DNA of 64,000 nucleotides from Deltaproteobacteria bacterium (GCA_016874755.1 VGTH01000005.1:51547-115546); one strand, 5' to 3'. Counted from the first letter of the stretch, positions 45,547-54,984 are shown. Program-made: numbers and translations. Notes: generated by a model from the letters alone, not told the origin.

Positions 45547-46560
45547 ATGACGTTTTTCAGAACGCCGTACCGACGAAAATCCTCAATTAAATATCAAACT
45601 ATTCTTTGCGCGGCGATCATACAGGCATTGATGGTTCACGGTGTAGTCAATATTTTCGCAGCCGAGGTGACACTGGCGCTACCGGCCAAGAGTCTTCAGC
45701 AGATCATCTTTCCGCTCGCGGTGGAGCGCGGCTACATGAAGGAAGAAGATATTGATCTCAAGATTACTTTCATGGAACCGGCGCCGAGTATGCAAGCGAT
45801 GCTCGCAGAGAGTGTGCAAATCACCGCGGCGGGCGGTAGCGCTTTGATCGCGATTGCGCGCAGCAACTATCCTGCGAAAGTCGTACTCGCGGTCAACGAT
45901 CGGGTGCACCAGTGGGTGATCAGTAGACCGACCGTTGGCAGTATCAAAGACCTCAAGGGCAAAGCGTTGGCCACTACCGGTGTGGCGTCGCTGGCGACTT
46001 TCATGTTCAAGAACATCATGCCCAAGTACGGCCTTGACCCGAGCAAAGATATCACCTTCACCGATCCGGGCGTGAACAACCAGGCGATGGCTGTCATGTC
46101 GGGAGCGGTGGAAGCGGCGATCGTCAGCGTCGAACAGCGTTACGCGGCGCTCGACAACGGCATGAAGGAACTCATGTATCTCGGCAACGAAGTCAAAAAC
46201 TCCTGGGGCACAACGGCCGCCTCGGAGAAATTCATGAAAGAGCAGCCTAGAGTCGTGGCGGGATTCATGCGCGCGACGTTGAAAGCCTTGCGCTTGATCA
46301 AGCGCGATCGCGCCGGCACCATCGCGGCGTTTGCCAAGTTCTCCGGCTTGCCGGTGGCGACCTCGACGCGGCTCTACGACGATTTGATCGGTTCGTTTAC
46401 GGCCAATGGCGCGGTGGATGAAGAAACCCAAAAGAATGATCTCGGGGTGATCCGCCAGGTGCTCGACGCCAAGGAAGCGCTGGCGCCGGCGCGCGCCTTC
46501 GACTTTAGCTTTGCCATCGAGGCCGACCGGCAGTTGACGAAGCTGGGGTGGAAACCATAA
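45547..46560 (+). CDS. NMT1/THI5-like periplasmic substrate-binding protein (NitT/TauT family), orphan
   Basis: Signal peptide then LALPAKSLQQIIFPLAVERGYMKEEDIDLKI. Start at ATG 45547 after aaggaagg. No cognate permease or ATPase adjacent. Confidence 0.8.
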   Translation: MTFFRTPYRRKSSIKYQTILCAAIIQALMVHGVVNIFAAEVTLALPAKSLQQIIFPLAVERGYMKEEDIDLKITFMEPAPSMQAMLAESVQITAAGGSALIAIARSNYPAKVVLAVNDRVHQWVISRPTVGSIKDLKGKALATTGVASLATFMFKNIMPKYGLDPSKDITFTDPGVNNQAMAVMSGAVEAAIVSVEQRYAALDNGMKELMYLGNEVKNSWGTTAASEKFMKEQPRVVAGFMRATLKALRLIKRDRAGTIAAFAKFSGLPVATSTRLYDDLIGSFTANGAVDEETQKNDLGVIRQVLDAKEALAPARAFDFSFAIEADRQLTKLGWKP

Positions 46561-46707
46561 AAGAAAGTATTAAACGCGGAAAATGGAAAGCGGAAATTCG
46601 CGGGTTCTGACGGGCGACTTTTCCGTTTTCCGGGTTTCTGCTTTCCGCTTTTTGTTTGGCCAGTGTTAACGATCATGGGTATCAACTTACTGATTGGGAG
46701 GTAATTC

Positions 46708-47802
46708 ATGCCTGGCATAATCGACGCTGACACCCATATTGCCGAGAGCGAAGCGATGTGGGCGATGATGGACAAGGACATGTACCCGCGGCGACCGGTT
46801 TTGATGAAGAGCCCGGAAGACACACTGTATGGGCCGCGCAATGCTTTCTGGCTGATCAACGGCAGCATTTTTCCCAAGCCCAATGGCAAAGGCAGCTTTC
46901 GTTTGATCACGCCATCGGCTTCCAAATTGGAATTATCGCGCGGCGATATTCATCTCGCTTACCGCGAGATGACCGACATTCCCGGTCGGTTGGGCGACAT
47001 GAACAAGCTGGGCATCGAAACCCAGGTTGTGTTTCCGACGCTGTTTCTAATCTACATCACCGACGACGTCGCTTTAGATGTGGCGATGGCGCGGGCTTAC
47101 AACCGCTTTATCGCGCAGGCCTGCGCCAAATCGGGCGGCAGGATGCGTTGGGTGGTGGTGCCGCCGCTGCACTCGGTGGAAGAGACGGTGAAGGAAATCA
47201 AATGGGGCAAAGACAACGGCGCGGTGGGCGTGTTCTTCCGCGGCATCGAGGGGCAGCGCACGCTCGACGATCCCTATTTCAATCCGGTTTACCAAGCGTG
47301 CAGCGACACTGGCATGCCGGTGTTGATTCACACCGGCGCCGGCTGCCCGCTGTTTATCAACTTGTTCGACGTCGAGCGCAACCATACCTTCGGCCACAGC
47401 CGCATCCAGCCGATCTTGGCGTTCCGCGATTTGATCCACAACAAGATTCCTGAACAGTTTCCCAAGCTGAAATTTGGTTTTCTCGAAGCGTCGGCGGGCT
47501 GGGTGCCGTTCATGATGCACATCCTGAAACGCTTGTTCAAAGAAAAGTGGAAATTTTCCAAAGACGCCGACATGTTCCGCGAATATCGCATCTTCATCGC
47601 CGCGGAAGCTGACGAAGACATCAACTACATCGCGCAGTTCACCGGTGCGGACCACCTGATGATCGGCTCAGACTACGGCCATCAAGATCCCTCGGAGGAA
47701 CGCCAATTGGTCGCCGCCATGCGAGCGCGCGAAGACATCCCGACGAGACTGACGGACAAGATGTTCTTCGACAATCCCAAACTGCTCTATCCTCTGAACT
47801 AG
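46708..47802 (+). CDS. amidohydrolase-2 family protein, third paralog
   Basis: MPGIIDADTHIAESEAMW and the TIM-barrel hydrolase pattern. 364 aa. Confidence 0.88.
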   Translation: MPGIIDADTHIAESEAMWAMMDKDMYPRRPVLMKSPEDTLYGPRNAFWLINGSIFPKPNGKGSFRLITPSASKLELSRGDIHLAYREMTDIPGRLGDMNKLGIETQVVFPTLFLIYITDDVALDVAMARAYNRFIAQACAKSGGRMRWVVVPPLHSVEETVKEIKWGKDNGAVGVFFRGIEGQRTLDDPYFNPVYQACSDTGMPVLIHTGAGCPLFINLFDVERNHTFGHSRIQPILAFRDLIHNKIPEQFPKLKFGFLEASAGWVPFMMHILKRLFKEKWKFSKDADMFREYRIFIAAEADEDINYIAQFTGADHLMIGSDYGHQDPSEERQLVAAMRAREDIPTRLTDKMFFDNPKLLYPLN

Positions 47803-48006
47803 GCGTGCACCATTTGATCGGAACCTGCTGATTAGGTCCTAATTGTCATTCTGAGCCGACGGCGAAGAATCTGCTGCATGCAATTGCACGAAAAGAAGAT
47901 CCTTCGCTGACGGTCAGGATGACAAAGAGGGAATTTCCGCATTGCAACACAATCATTTGGAGACAAGCACGGGCCTGAACCAAGTGCAATTCTTTAACGA
48001 ACACCC

Positions 48007-48978
48007 ATGAAGCTAAAACTCTCTCTCACGATCGCGCTGCAATTTGTCTTTTTGTCTGCGCTTGGCGCCCAGCAGCTCCAGACCGTCAACTTCGCCACGC
48101 CATCGCGAAGCTTTCAGTTGGCGATCTATCCGATCGCGCAGGAGCGCGGCTACATGAGGGAAGAAGGCATCGATCTGCGCGTTATCAACGTCGCGCCAAC
48201 CACGAGTGTGCAGGCGTTGCTCGGCGGCGACGTGCATTTCACCGGCGCCGGCACCAGCGCGGCGCTTGGAGTGGCGCGCTCGAACATTCCCGTGAAAGTT
48301 GTGATCGCGACCAACGACCGCGTGCTGCAGTGGCTGGTGGCTAATCCGAAGATCACCAGCGTGAGAGATCTCAAAGGAAAGAGGATAGCCACCACCGGCG
48401 TTGCGGCGATCGCTACGTTCATGCTCAAACAGATTCTCGCCAAGCATGGGCTTGACGCCAACAAAGACGTGATTTTTCTCGACCCGGGACAAGGCAACCA
48501 GTTAACCGCTTTGCTGTCGGGCGCCATGGATGCGGCGGTGTTAGGTATCGATCAGCGCTATCCGGCGATAGACAAGGGCATGAAGGAGCTGTTCTCGTTC
48601 GGTAACGAAGTGAAAAACTCCTGGGGCACGCTGGCGACCACCGATAGGCTCATCAAAGAAAATCCGAAGATGATCGCCGGCTATTTGCGCGCGAGTTTGA
48701 AAGCGCTGCGCTACATGCGCCAGGATCGCGACGGTACCATCGCGTCGGTGGCGAAGTTCTCAAACATTTCTCGGCAACTTGCCGCGCGCACTTACGATGA
48801 CCTGCTCGGCACCTTTACACCCAACCTGACCGTCGACGACGAGACTCAGAAGAACGATCTCAACATCATTCGCCAGGTCGTCAACGCCCCGGACGCGGTG
48901 CCGAACAATCGGGTCTACGATTTTAGTTTTGCCCTGGAAGCCGATCAGCAGCTAAGCAAGACGGGGTGGAGGCCCTAG
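48007..48978 (+). CDS. NMT1/THI5-like periplasmic substrate-binding protein, paralog of 45547..46560
   Basis: Collinear blocks with the 45547 gene (ERGYMREEGIDL, RDLKGKRIATTGVAAIATFMLK, NEVKNSWGT). Confidence 0.8.
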   Translation: MKLKLSLTIALQFVFLSALGAQQLQTVNFATPSRSFQLAIYPIAQERGYMREEGIDLRVINVAPTTSVQALLGGDVHFTGAGTSAALGVARSNIPVKVVIATNDRVLQWLVANPKITSVRDLKGKRIATTGVAAIATFMLKQILAKHGLDANKDVIFLDPGQGNQLTALLSGAMDAAVLGIDQRYPAIDKGMKELFSFGNEVKNSWGTLATTDRLIKENPKMIAGYLRASLKALRYMRQDRDGTIASVAKFSNISRQLAARTYDDLLGTFTPNLTVDDETQKNDLNIIRQVVNAPDAVPNNRVYDFSFALEADQQLSKTGWRP

Positions 48979-49132
48979 CCGTGGTGCACATGAATATTTT
49001 GTTGGCTGTCGCGTCTTTGTCTTAGGAGGACAAAACGGAGGTAGCTGTTGGTGGGGCTTCTGATGTTGCCATGAAATATGGCAAAGTGTGCTCTATCGAT
49101 AAAGGAATTTCATTATAGAAAGAAGTTAAGGG

Positions 49133-49342
49133 ATGACCTCGATAAAAGGTGTCGTTTTAGCGATCGCTTTATTACTTTTGGTTTCTGCCAACGGCCAAAC
49201 TGGGGAACCCGCGCCGTGGTACAAGTGGAAGAGCAGGGTCAATAACCAAATCGTCTGCTCGCAAACCGCCCCCGGCGACAACTGGGAGCGAGAAAGCGGT
49301 CCGTATACGGATTCGCATTGCGATACGCTGGTGAATAAATAG
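49133..49342 (+). CDS. small secreted two-cysteine protein (69 aa)
   Basis: Signal peptide MTSIKGVVLAIALLLLVSANG, a mature part rich in W/K/N with 2 Cys, and an AT-rich upstream region. Confidence 0.35.
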   Translation: MTSIKGVVLAIALLLLVSANGQTGEPAPWYKWKSRVNNQIVCSQTAPGDNWERESGPYTDSHCDTLVNK

Positions 49343-49371
49343 ACGTGTCGGTCTGCTTGCGGCTGTGAAAG

Positions 49372-50259
49372 CTAATCGAAGCGAACCGAAGCGTCGCTGC
49401 CTTTGATTGCGCCTTTAATGGACGGGTTGTTCAACGAGCCTTTGATCGTTAAATCTTTGGTGCTGTAAACGCCGTCAAACTGTAGCACTCTCGGTAAGCT
49501 CTTTTTCAGCGACGGTAGCGCATGATGGAGCTTACCCATATCCAACGATGCGACTTGCAGCGCCAGGTCAATCGGAATGTCACGGTAATCGCCCGCTCCG
49601 ATCCCGGGACCGACGCGGCCTTTGAGTTTTAGGTTGGGAGTTGCCGCTGTGACCGGAGCGTCAAGGTCAATGTCCATCGGCCCATCGGAACTCACTGCTG
49701 TCATGCGCAGCTGAATGTGGGACGCCAACACTTGCTTTTCGGATCGCTCATCGTGATAGCGTATCGTACCGTTGGAGATTTGCAGCGGCAAGGGAAGCAA
49801 CATCGGCGCAGTCGATGGTGTGACTGCGGACGCTGGGTTTTCGGCGATGGCCGTCCGCCGCTGGCGCCTTTTTGAGCGGCGTGGAGACGTTTCGCCTGCG
49901 CTTTCGCTGTCGTCACGCAGAATGGTTAATACGGGAGACTCCAACACGATATTGCTCGGGACAAACCGCCCCAGGAAAAGCGGCCAAAACTTAATCTCGA
50001 CCTTAACCGCTTTCGCCTGCAGAAGCTCGGCAGCCGCCGAGCTGAGATCAGCCGCGACAACGACGCTAGACAGCCGCGCGCTCACCGGCCAGAAAGCAAC
50101 GTCGACATGCGCCGCGGTAACCGTGCGGCCGAGCGACCGCGCCGCCCTTTCCAACATATATGCTTGGTTGTTCCGGATGAGATAGTTGCCACCGAGCAGC
50201 GCGAGAACTAGGAAAAAGCTAAAAGCGCCGAATAATCCGAGAACCACTTTTTGCCGCAT
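49372..50259 (-). CDS. AsmA-like N-terminally anchored protein (short)
   Basis: N-terminal TM anchor MRQKVVLGLFGAFSFFLVLALLG and C-terminal repetitive KG/S motifs resembling AsmA-family ends. Weak call. Confidence 0.4.
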   Translation of the reverse strand: MRQKVVLGLFGAFSFFLVLALLGGNYLIRNNQAYMLERAARSLGRTVTAAHVDVAFWPVSARLSSVVVAADLSSAAAELLQAKAVKVEIKFWPLFLGRFVPSNIVLESPVLTILRDDSESAGETSPRRSKRRQRRTAIAENPASAVTPSTAPMLLPLPLQISNGTIRYHDERSEKQVLASHIQLRMTAVSSDGPMDIDLDAPVTAATPNLKLKGRVGPGIGAGDYRDIPIDLALQVASLDMGKLHHALPSLKKSLPRVLQFDGVYSTKDLTIKGSLNNPSIKGAIKGSDASVRFD

Positions 50260-50367
50260 AGCTGCGGTAAAGAATGCGGCAAGGGGCGTGCATTAGCAAT
50301 GGGTTGATGTCCGAAAACGGCGAGTTTGCCCTTGCACAGGTGCGGCCAAAGTTGCTTTCATCATGCT

Positions 50368-52014
50368 ATGCGCGAATTCTACAAAGCGATGCTGGCGCGC
50401 GACGCGCGCTTCGACGGCAAGTTTTTCGTCGGCGTAAAAACCACCGGCATCTATTGCCGGCCGATCTGTCCGGCGCAGCCGAAACCTGAGAACGTCGAAT
50501 TTTTTCCCGACGCGGCCGCCGCGGAACGGGCCGGCTATCGCCCGTGCCTGCGCTGCCGGCCGGAAAGCGCGCCGCGCTCGGCGGCGTGGTTTGGCAAGAA
50601 GGCCGTCGTGCAACGCGCGCTCAAACTGATCGCCGTCAACCAGTTCCATGTAAGCAACGAAAGCGAGTTCGCTGCGCGCTTGGGACTGAGCGCCAGACAC
50701 CTGCGCCGGCTGTTCGATGACGAGATCGGTCAAACCCCGAAACAAATCTCTGACAACAACCGACTCAACTTCACGCGCAAACTGATCGTCGAAACCAATC
50801 TGCCACTTAGAGTTGTGGCGCAAGTTGCTGGCTTCGGCTCGCTGCGCCGCTTCAATGACGTCTTGCGCAGGCGGTTTTGTCGCGCGCCATCACAACTGCG
50901 GCGCGCGCCGTCAAGCGGCAGAGTAGCAGACGGTTTCGAATTGAGCCTTTCGTATCGACCGCCTTACGATTGGCAGGCGATCCTGGACTTTTACCGATCG
51001 CATTTGGTCGAAGGTGTCGAGCTGGTTAGCGATGGCTGCTTCGAGCGGGTTTTCCGGCTCGGTGAAACCGTTGGTGCGCTGCGCGTGCGACCCGTGCCCG
51101 ATCGCGCGCAACTCCAATTGACGGTGTTCACGGATAAGTCGCAAGTGCTTTTTGAGGTTGTTAGCCGGGTGCGCGGAATGTTTGACCTCGATGCCGATCC
51201 GATGCTGGTGGCACAGCGTTTCGCCGGAGTACCGCTGCTCGACGAACTGTGCCAGCGCAACCCCGGTCTGCGTATGCCTGGTAGTTGGGACGGTTTAGAG
51301 ACCGCGGTCTGTACTATTTTGGGCCAGCTAGTTAGCGCCGACCAGCGCAGCCAACTCATCGACCAATTGATTCGCCACTACGGCGAGCGAATTTCCCATC
51401 CCCTGACCGGCACCAAGACCCGCCTGTTTCCTCGCCCGGAAATCTTGGCGGCGAGCGATCTCTCTGCCGTGCGAACTACGGCGCAGCGAAGAGCGGCAAT
51501 CCGCGATTTCTCCCGACGGGTGCTAGACGGCGCAATCTCCTTGAGTGAAGCCCAAGATCCGCCCGCGTTCCGCAAATCGCTCAGGCAGATCAAGGGCCTC
51601 GGGCCTTGGTCGGCGGAGTTCATCAGCCTGCGCGCCATCGGCGACACCGACGCATTTCCCAGCAGCGACCTGATTCTTAAGCGAGTACTAAAGCAGCACC
51701 CGGCACTCGACCTACAAGCCGTCAAACCATGGCGAGCCTACGCGGCGATGCATCTCTGGAAGGCTTTCGCCGAGACTCTGTCCAAGCGTGTCAGGAGGAA
51801 CCCCAATGACTTTGTCGTACAAAGAGATGATATCACCGGTCGGCAGATTGAAATTGGTCGCCAGCGAGAACGCGCTGCTAGCGGTGCTGTGGGAGCGCGA
51901 AGCGCCGGATCGGGTCAAACTCGACGTTCTCACTGCCGCGCAGCATCATCCGATCCTGCAAAGCGCCAAGCGACAGTTGGCCGAGTACTTCGCCGGCCAG
52001 CGCACCCGGTTTGA
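50368..52014 (+). CDS. Ada regulatory domain (methylphosphotriester-DNA methyltransferase Zn domain + AraC HTH) fused to AlkA-type DNA-3-methyladenine glycosylase II
   Basis: FYKAMLARDARFDGKFFVGVKTTGIYCRPICP Ada Zn(Cys4) motif, an AraC-type HTH, then an HhH-GPD glycosylase domain. The last 70 or so codons run in an alternative frame of ogt. Confidence 0.85.
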   Translation: MREFYKAMLARDARFDGKFFVGVKTTGIYCRPICPAQPKPENVEFFPDAAAAERAGYRPCLRCRPESAPRSAAWFGKKAVVQRALKLIAVNQFHVSNESEFAARLGLSARHLRRLFDDEIGQTPKQISDNNRLNFTRKLIVETNLPLRVVAQVAGFGSLRRFNDVLRRRFCRAPSQLRRAPSSGRVADGFELSLSYRPPYDWQAILDFYRSHLVEGVELVSDGCFERVFRLGETVGALRVRPVPDRAQLQLTVFTDKSQVLFEVVSRVRGMFDLDADPMLVAQRFAGVPLLDELCQRNPGLRMPGSWDGLETAVCTILGQLVSADQRSQLIDQLIRHYGERISHPLTGTKTRLFPRPEILAASDLSAVRTTAQRRAAIRDFSRRVLDGAISLSEAQDPPAFRKSLRQIKGLGPWSAEFISLRAIGDTDAFPSSDLILKRVLKQHPALDLQAVKPWRAYAAMHLWKAFAETLSKRVRRNPNDFVVQRDDITGRQIEIGRQRERAASGAVGARSAGSGQTRRSHCRAASSDPAKRQATVGRVLRRPAHPV

Positions 52015-52351
52015 GCTGCCGTTGGCAGCGCGCGGCACTGAGTTTCAGCAGAAAGTCTGGCGCCGCTTGCGCGAGATCCCCTTCGGAAAGACCAAGAGCT
52101 ACTTGGAAATCGCCAAGGCAGTGGGCGCGCCGCAGGCGAGCCGCGCGGTGGGCGCGGCCTGTGGCAAGAATCCGATTTCGATCATCGTTCCCTGCCACCG
52201 TGTCGTCGCGTCCAACGGCAATCTCACTGGGTTTGCCGGCGGGCTGGATATCAAAGCCAGACTGCTCGCATTGGAGGGTGTTAGGGACAGCTTGCGAGTT
52301 GTCCCTACAAATTCACAAGATACTTCTTTGCGAGCCCCTCGACAAACTTGA
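51806..52351 (+). CDS. ogt: methylated-DNA--protein-cysteine methyltransferase
   Basis: IPFGKTKSYLEIA...IIVPCHRVV active-site PCHR motif. RBS aggagg 6 nt before ATG 51806. Confidence 0.9.
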   Translation: MTLSYKEMISPVGRLKLVASENALLAVLWEREAPDRVKLDVLTAAQHHPILQSAKRQLAEYFAGQRTRFELPLAARGTEFQQKVWRRLREIPFGKTKSYLEIAKAVGAPQASRAVGAACGKNPISIIVPCHRVVASNGNLTGFAGGLDIKARLLALEGVRDSLRVVPTNSQDTSLRAPRQT

Positions 52352-53201
52352 CCAGACCCGCGTGATCTAAATCGCCGTCACCCATGCCTTTCATGGCGGT
52401 CATCATTTGACCGACGACACCGGTAACCACGAGCGGCACGCCGTATTCACTGCCGGTGGCCAGGGCGATTTTCATGTCTTTTTCGTGCAGGCGAATCCTG
52501 AAGCCGGGCTTAAAATTTCGGTCGAGCATCTTCTGGCCGTGGGCTTCGAGGATTTTCGATTGGGCAAAGCCGCCGAGCAGAGCTTGGCGAACTTTCGCCG
52601 GATCGACGCCGGCTTTGGCGGCGAGCACAAGCGCCTCGCTGACGATCGCGATGGTCGTGCCGACGACCATCTGATTGGCTGCCTTCGTTACTTGTCCCGC
52701 GCCGGCGGCGCCGACGTGCACGATGTTTTTGCCGAATTTCTCGAAGATCGGCATGGCGCGCTCGACGGCGCTGGCACTGCCGCCGATCATGATCGACAGC
52801 GTCGCGGCAATCGCGCCGGCTTCGCCGCCGCTCACCGGCGCGTCGAGCATTTCGCAGCCTTTGCCTTCGGCCGCGGCGGCTAGTTTACGTGCCACCACCG
52901 GAGAGATGCTCGACATATCGATTAGCAGCGTGCCCGACCTTACACCTGCAAAAACTCCATCTTTGCCGGCGTACACCAGTTCGACATCGGGTGAGTCCGG
53001 CAGCATGGTGATAACCATGTCGCTGCGCGCGGCGACTTCTTGGGCATTCAAGACCGCCTGCGCGCCTTCTTTGGTTAGCTCCTCCACCGCGGCGCGGCTG
53101 CGGTTATGAATTACCAGCGGGTAGCCCGCCTTCAACAAATGGCGCGCCATGGGTTTGCCCATGATGCCGAGGCCGATGAAACCGATTGATAGATTGCTCA
53201 T
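52305..53201 (-). CDS. NAD(P)-dependent 3-hydroxyisobutyrate/2-hydroxy-3-oxopropionate reductase family dehydrogenase
   Basis: IGFIGLGIMGKPMARHLLKAGYPLVIHNRS Rossmann fold and the 6-PGDH-like C-terminal domain. Confidence 0.88.
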   Translation of the reverse strand: MSNLSIGFIGLGIMGKPMARHLLKAGYPLVIHNRSRAAVEELTKEGAQAVLNAQEVAARSDMVITMLPDSPDVELVYAGKDGVFAGVRSGTLLIDMSSISPVVARKLAAAAEGKGCEMLDAPVSGGEAGAIAATLSIMIGGSASAVERAMPIFEKFGKNIVHVGAAGAGQVTKAANQMVVGTTIAIVSEALVLAAKAGVDPAKVRQALLGGFAQSKILEAHGQKMLDRNFKPGFRIRLHEKDMKIALATGSEYGVPLVVTGVVGQMMTAMKGMGDGDLDHAGLVKFVEGLAKKYLVNL

Positions 53202-53217
53202 GATGGACTCCGCTGTG

Positions 53218-54165
53218 CTACGGCAAGAAAGTCAAATCGATCACTTGCTGCGGTGTAACGTTCTTGGCCTTGGGATTTTCTTTGGCTAACTCGTCTATCG
53301 CGAGCTGGATGCCTTTCAATGTAGGTTTGCCATCGTCGGGGAAAGCGCGCGCGCGGTAATTGTAATCGGCTTCCGCTAGGGCGCGATCGTCGGTGCGAAT
53401 CGCTTTCATGGTTTCCTTGATGGCGTCGTTGCGGTTGCTTTTGTAGAGGCGCACTGACTCCACATAGGCACGCAGGAAACGGCGCACCGCGTCGGGATGA
53501 CTCTTCAACAAATCACCGCGAGCGACGACGCCGGTCATTTGGTAGTCGATCTCTTTTTCGGCGAAGTCGAGCATGGGAAATAAACCGGATTTCTTGGCGA
53601 CATGGCTCACGCCCGAGATCAGCGATGTGCCGTCGATGCTGCCGGCTTGCAGTGCATTGATGCGGCCGGCCGAGCCGCCGCCTTGAATGAACTTAACGTC
53701 GCTCTTCGGATTTAAGCCGAACTGTTCCAACGCCATGCGCGTCGCTAGCTCGTCGGTGCTGCCGTAGCGGGTAATGCCCAAGGTCCGGCCTTTCAGTTGC
53801 GCCGGTGAGGTGATGTGCGGCCGGGTAAAAAACGTGTAAGGAAAACGATTGTTGACACCGCCGATGATTTTGACGTCGGCGCCTTCAACAAAGCCGTGGA
53901 GAAACACCGTGGCGCTGGTGGTGACGATGTCGAGGCTTTTCGCCAACAACGCCTGCATGGCGACCGGGCCGCCGGTGATCAAAATGACTTCCAAATCGAT
54001 GTTGTGTTTCTTGAGAACACCCGCTTCTTTGGCGAGGGCAAAGGCGACTTTCTCGGTGCTGGTGGCCGCGGTGGAGGCGAGACGAATCTTGATGGCTTGG
54101 GTCTGGGCCGCCACCGATTGCGGCAGCGAAAACGCGAGACAGGCAACGATAAGGGCAAAAAATTT
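53218..54165 (-). CDS. NMT1-like periplasmic substrate-binding protein (start at GTG giving MKFFALIVACLAF...)
   Basis: Signal peptide plus LKKHNIDLEVILITGGPVAMQALLA. gaaaggag RBS 9 nt before the GTG. Confidence 0.78.
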   Translation of the reverse strand, partial: KFFALIVACLAFSLPQSVAAQTQAIKIRLASTAATSTEKVAFALAKEAGVLKKHNIDLEVILITGGPVAMQALLAKSLDIVTTSATVFLHGFVEGADVKIIGGVNNRFPYTFFTRPHITSPAQLKGRTLGITRYGSTDELATRMALEQFGLNPKSDVKFIQGGGSAGRINALQAGSIDGTSLISGVSHVAKKSGLFPMLDFAEKEIDYQMTGVVARGDLLKSHPDAVRRFLRAYVESVRLYKSNRNDAIKETMKAIRTDDRALAEADYNYRARAFPDDGKPTLKGIQLAIDELAKENPKAKNVTPQQVIDLTFLP

Positions 54166-54275
54166 CACTTCGATGAAACTCCTTTCGATTGAGTCAGATA
54201 TGCCAAATGAACCGCCAAACGCAAGCAAGATCGACATTGCTTTGGACGCAGCAATTGCAGTATCGTGCGGCCACT

Positions 54276-54956
54276 ATGGAAACCAAAATCTTCACATGGC
54301 TAGGGCGCGAGTTTGTCGAAATCGTCGGCGAGGCAGGCTTAGGCGGGTCGACAGAGCAAGCGACCGCGGAGCTTTTCGCCAAGTTCGACAAATCTTTGCA
54401 AGGGCTCGGTCTGTCGCTCGACAACACTGTGCGCATCCGGGTCTTTGGCCGCGATCGCCAAGCGCGCACCGACGCGACGCTGGCGCGCTCGAAAGTGCTC
54501 AGCCGCCAACGGCGCGCCGCGAGCTCCAGTTTTATTTCTCAGCCATGGTTCGATTCCGCCGGTTCCGGCGGATTGGAGTTGCTCGCGCTGCGGCCATTGA
54601 ACGCCAGCTCGGGACGCAATCCGATCGACTTCGCGCTGGCGCGGAATTATTTGTGCTATCTGGAATACGACTCTGTGTTGTTTTTCTCCGGCTTTACGTC
54701 GGAGGCCGCAACGCTGGAGCGGCAGGTCAAAGACGTGCTCGGCACGTTGGACGACGCCTTCGCGCGCGCCAAGACCGATTGGAGTAAAGTCGCTAAGCTT
54801 TCAATGCTGGTCCAGCGCGGCCATTCCATCGACACGGTCAAAGCTGTGCTAGCCGGCGCCGGGCCATTGAGCGTGCCAGCGCTGGAATTCACTTTTGTCG
54901 ACGGCTTTGCCGGCGAGAAATATCTGATTGAAATCGAAGCGACGGCGTTGAAATGA
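54276..54956 (+). CDS. tandem RidA/YjgF-like (endoribonuclease L-PSP fold) protein
   Basis: Two halves each ending in RidA-like blocks (TVRIRVFGRD... and KYLIEIEATA). Confidence 0.55.
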   Translation: METKIFTWLGREFVEIVGEAGLGGSTEQATAELFAKFDKSLQGLGLSLDNTVRIRVFGRDRQARTDATLARSKVLSRQRRAASSSFISQPWFDSAGSGGLELLALRPLNASSGRNPIDFALARNYLCYLEYDSVLFFSGFTSEAATLERQVKDVLGTLDDAFARAKTDWSKVAKLSMLVQRGHSIDTVKAVLAGAGPLSVPALEFTFVDGFAGEKYLIEIEATALK

Positions 54957-54984
54957 AAAGGGGCGCGATAAATCGCGCCCCTAC
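54956..54984 (-). terminator. intrinsic terminator with GTAGGGGCG hairpin for the minus-strand amidohydrolase gene
   Basis: Minus strand gtaggggcgcgatttatcgcgcccctttt. Confidence 0.65.
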
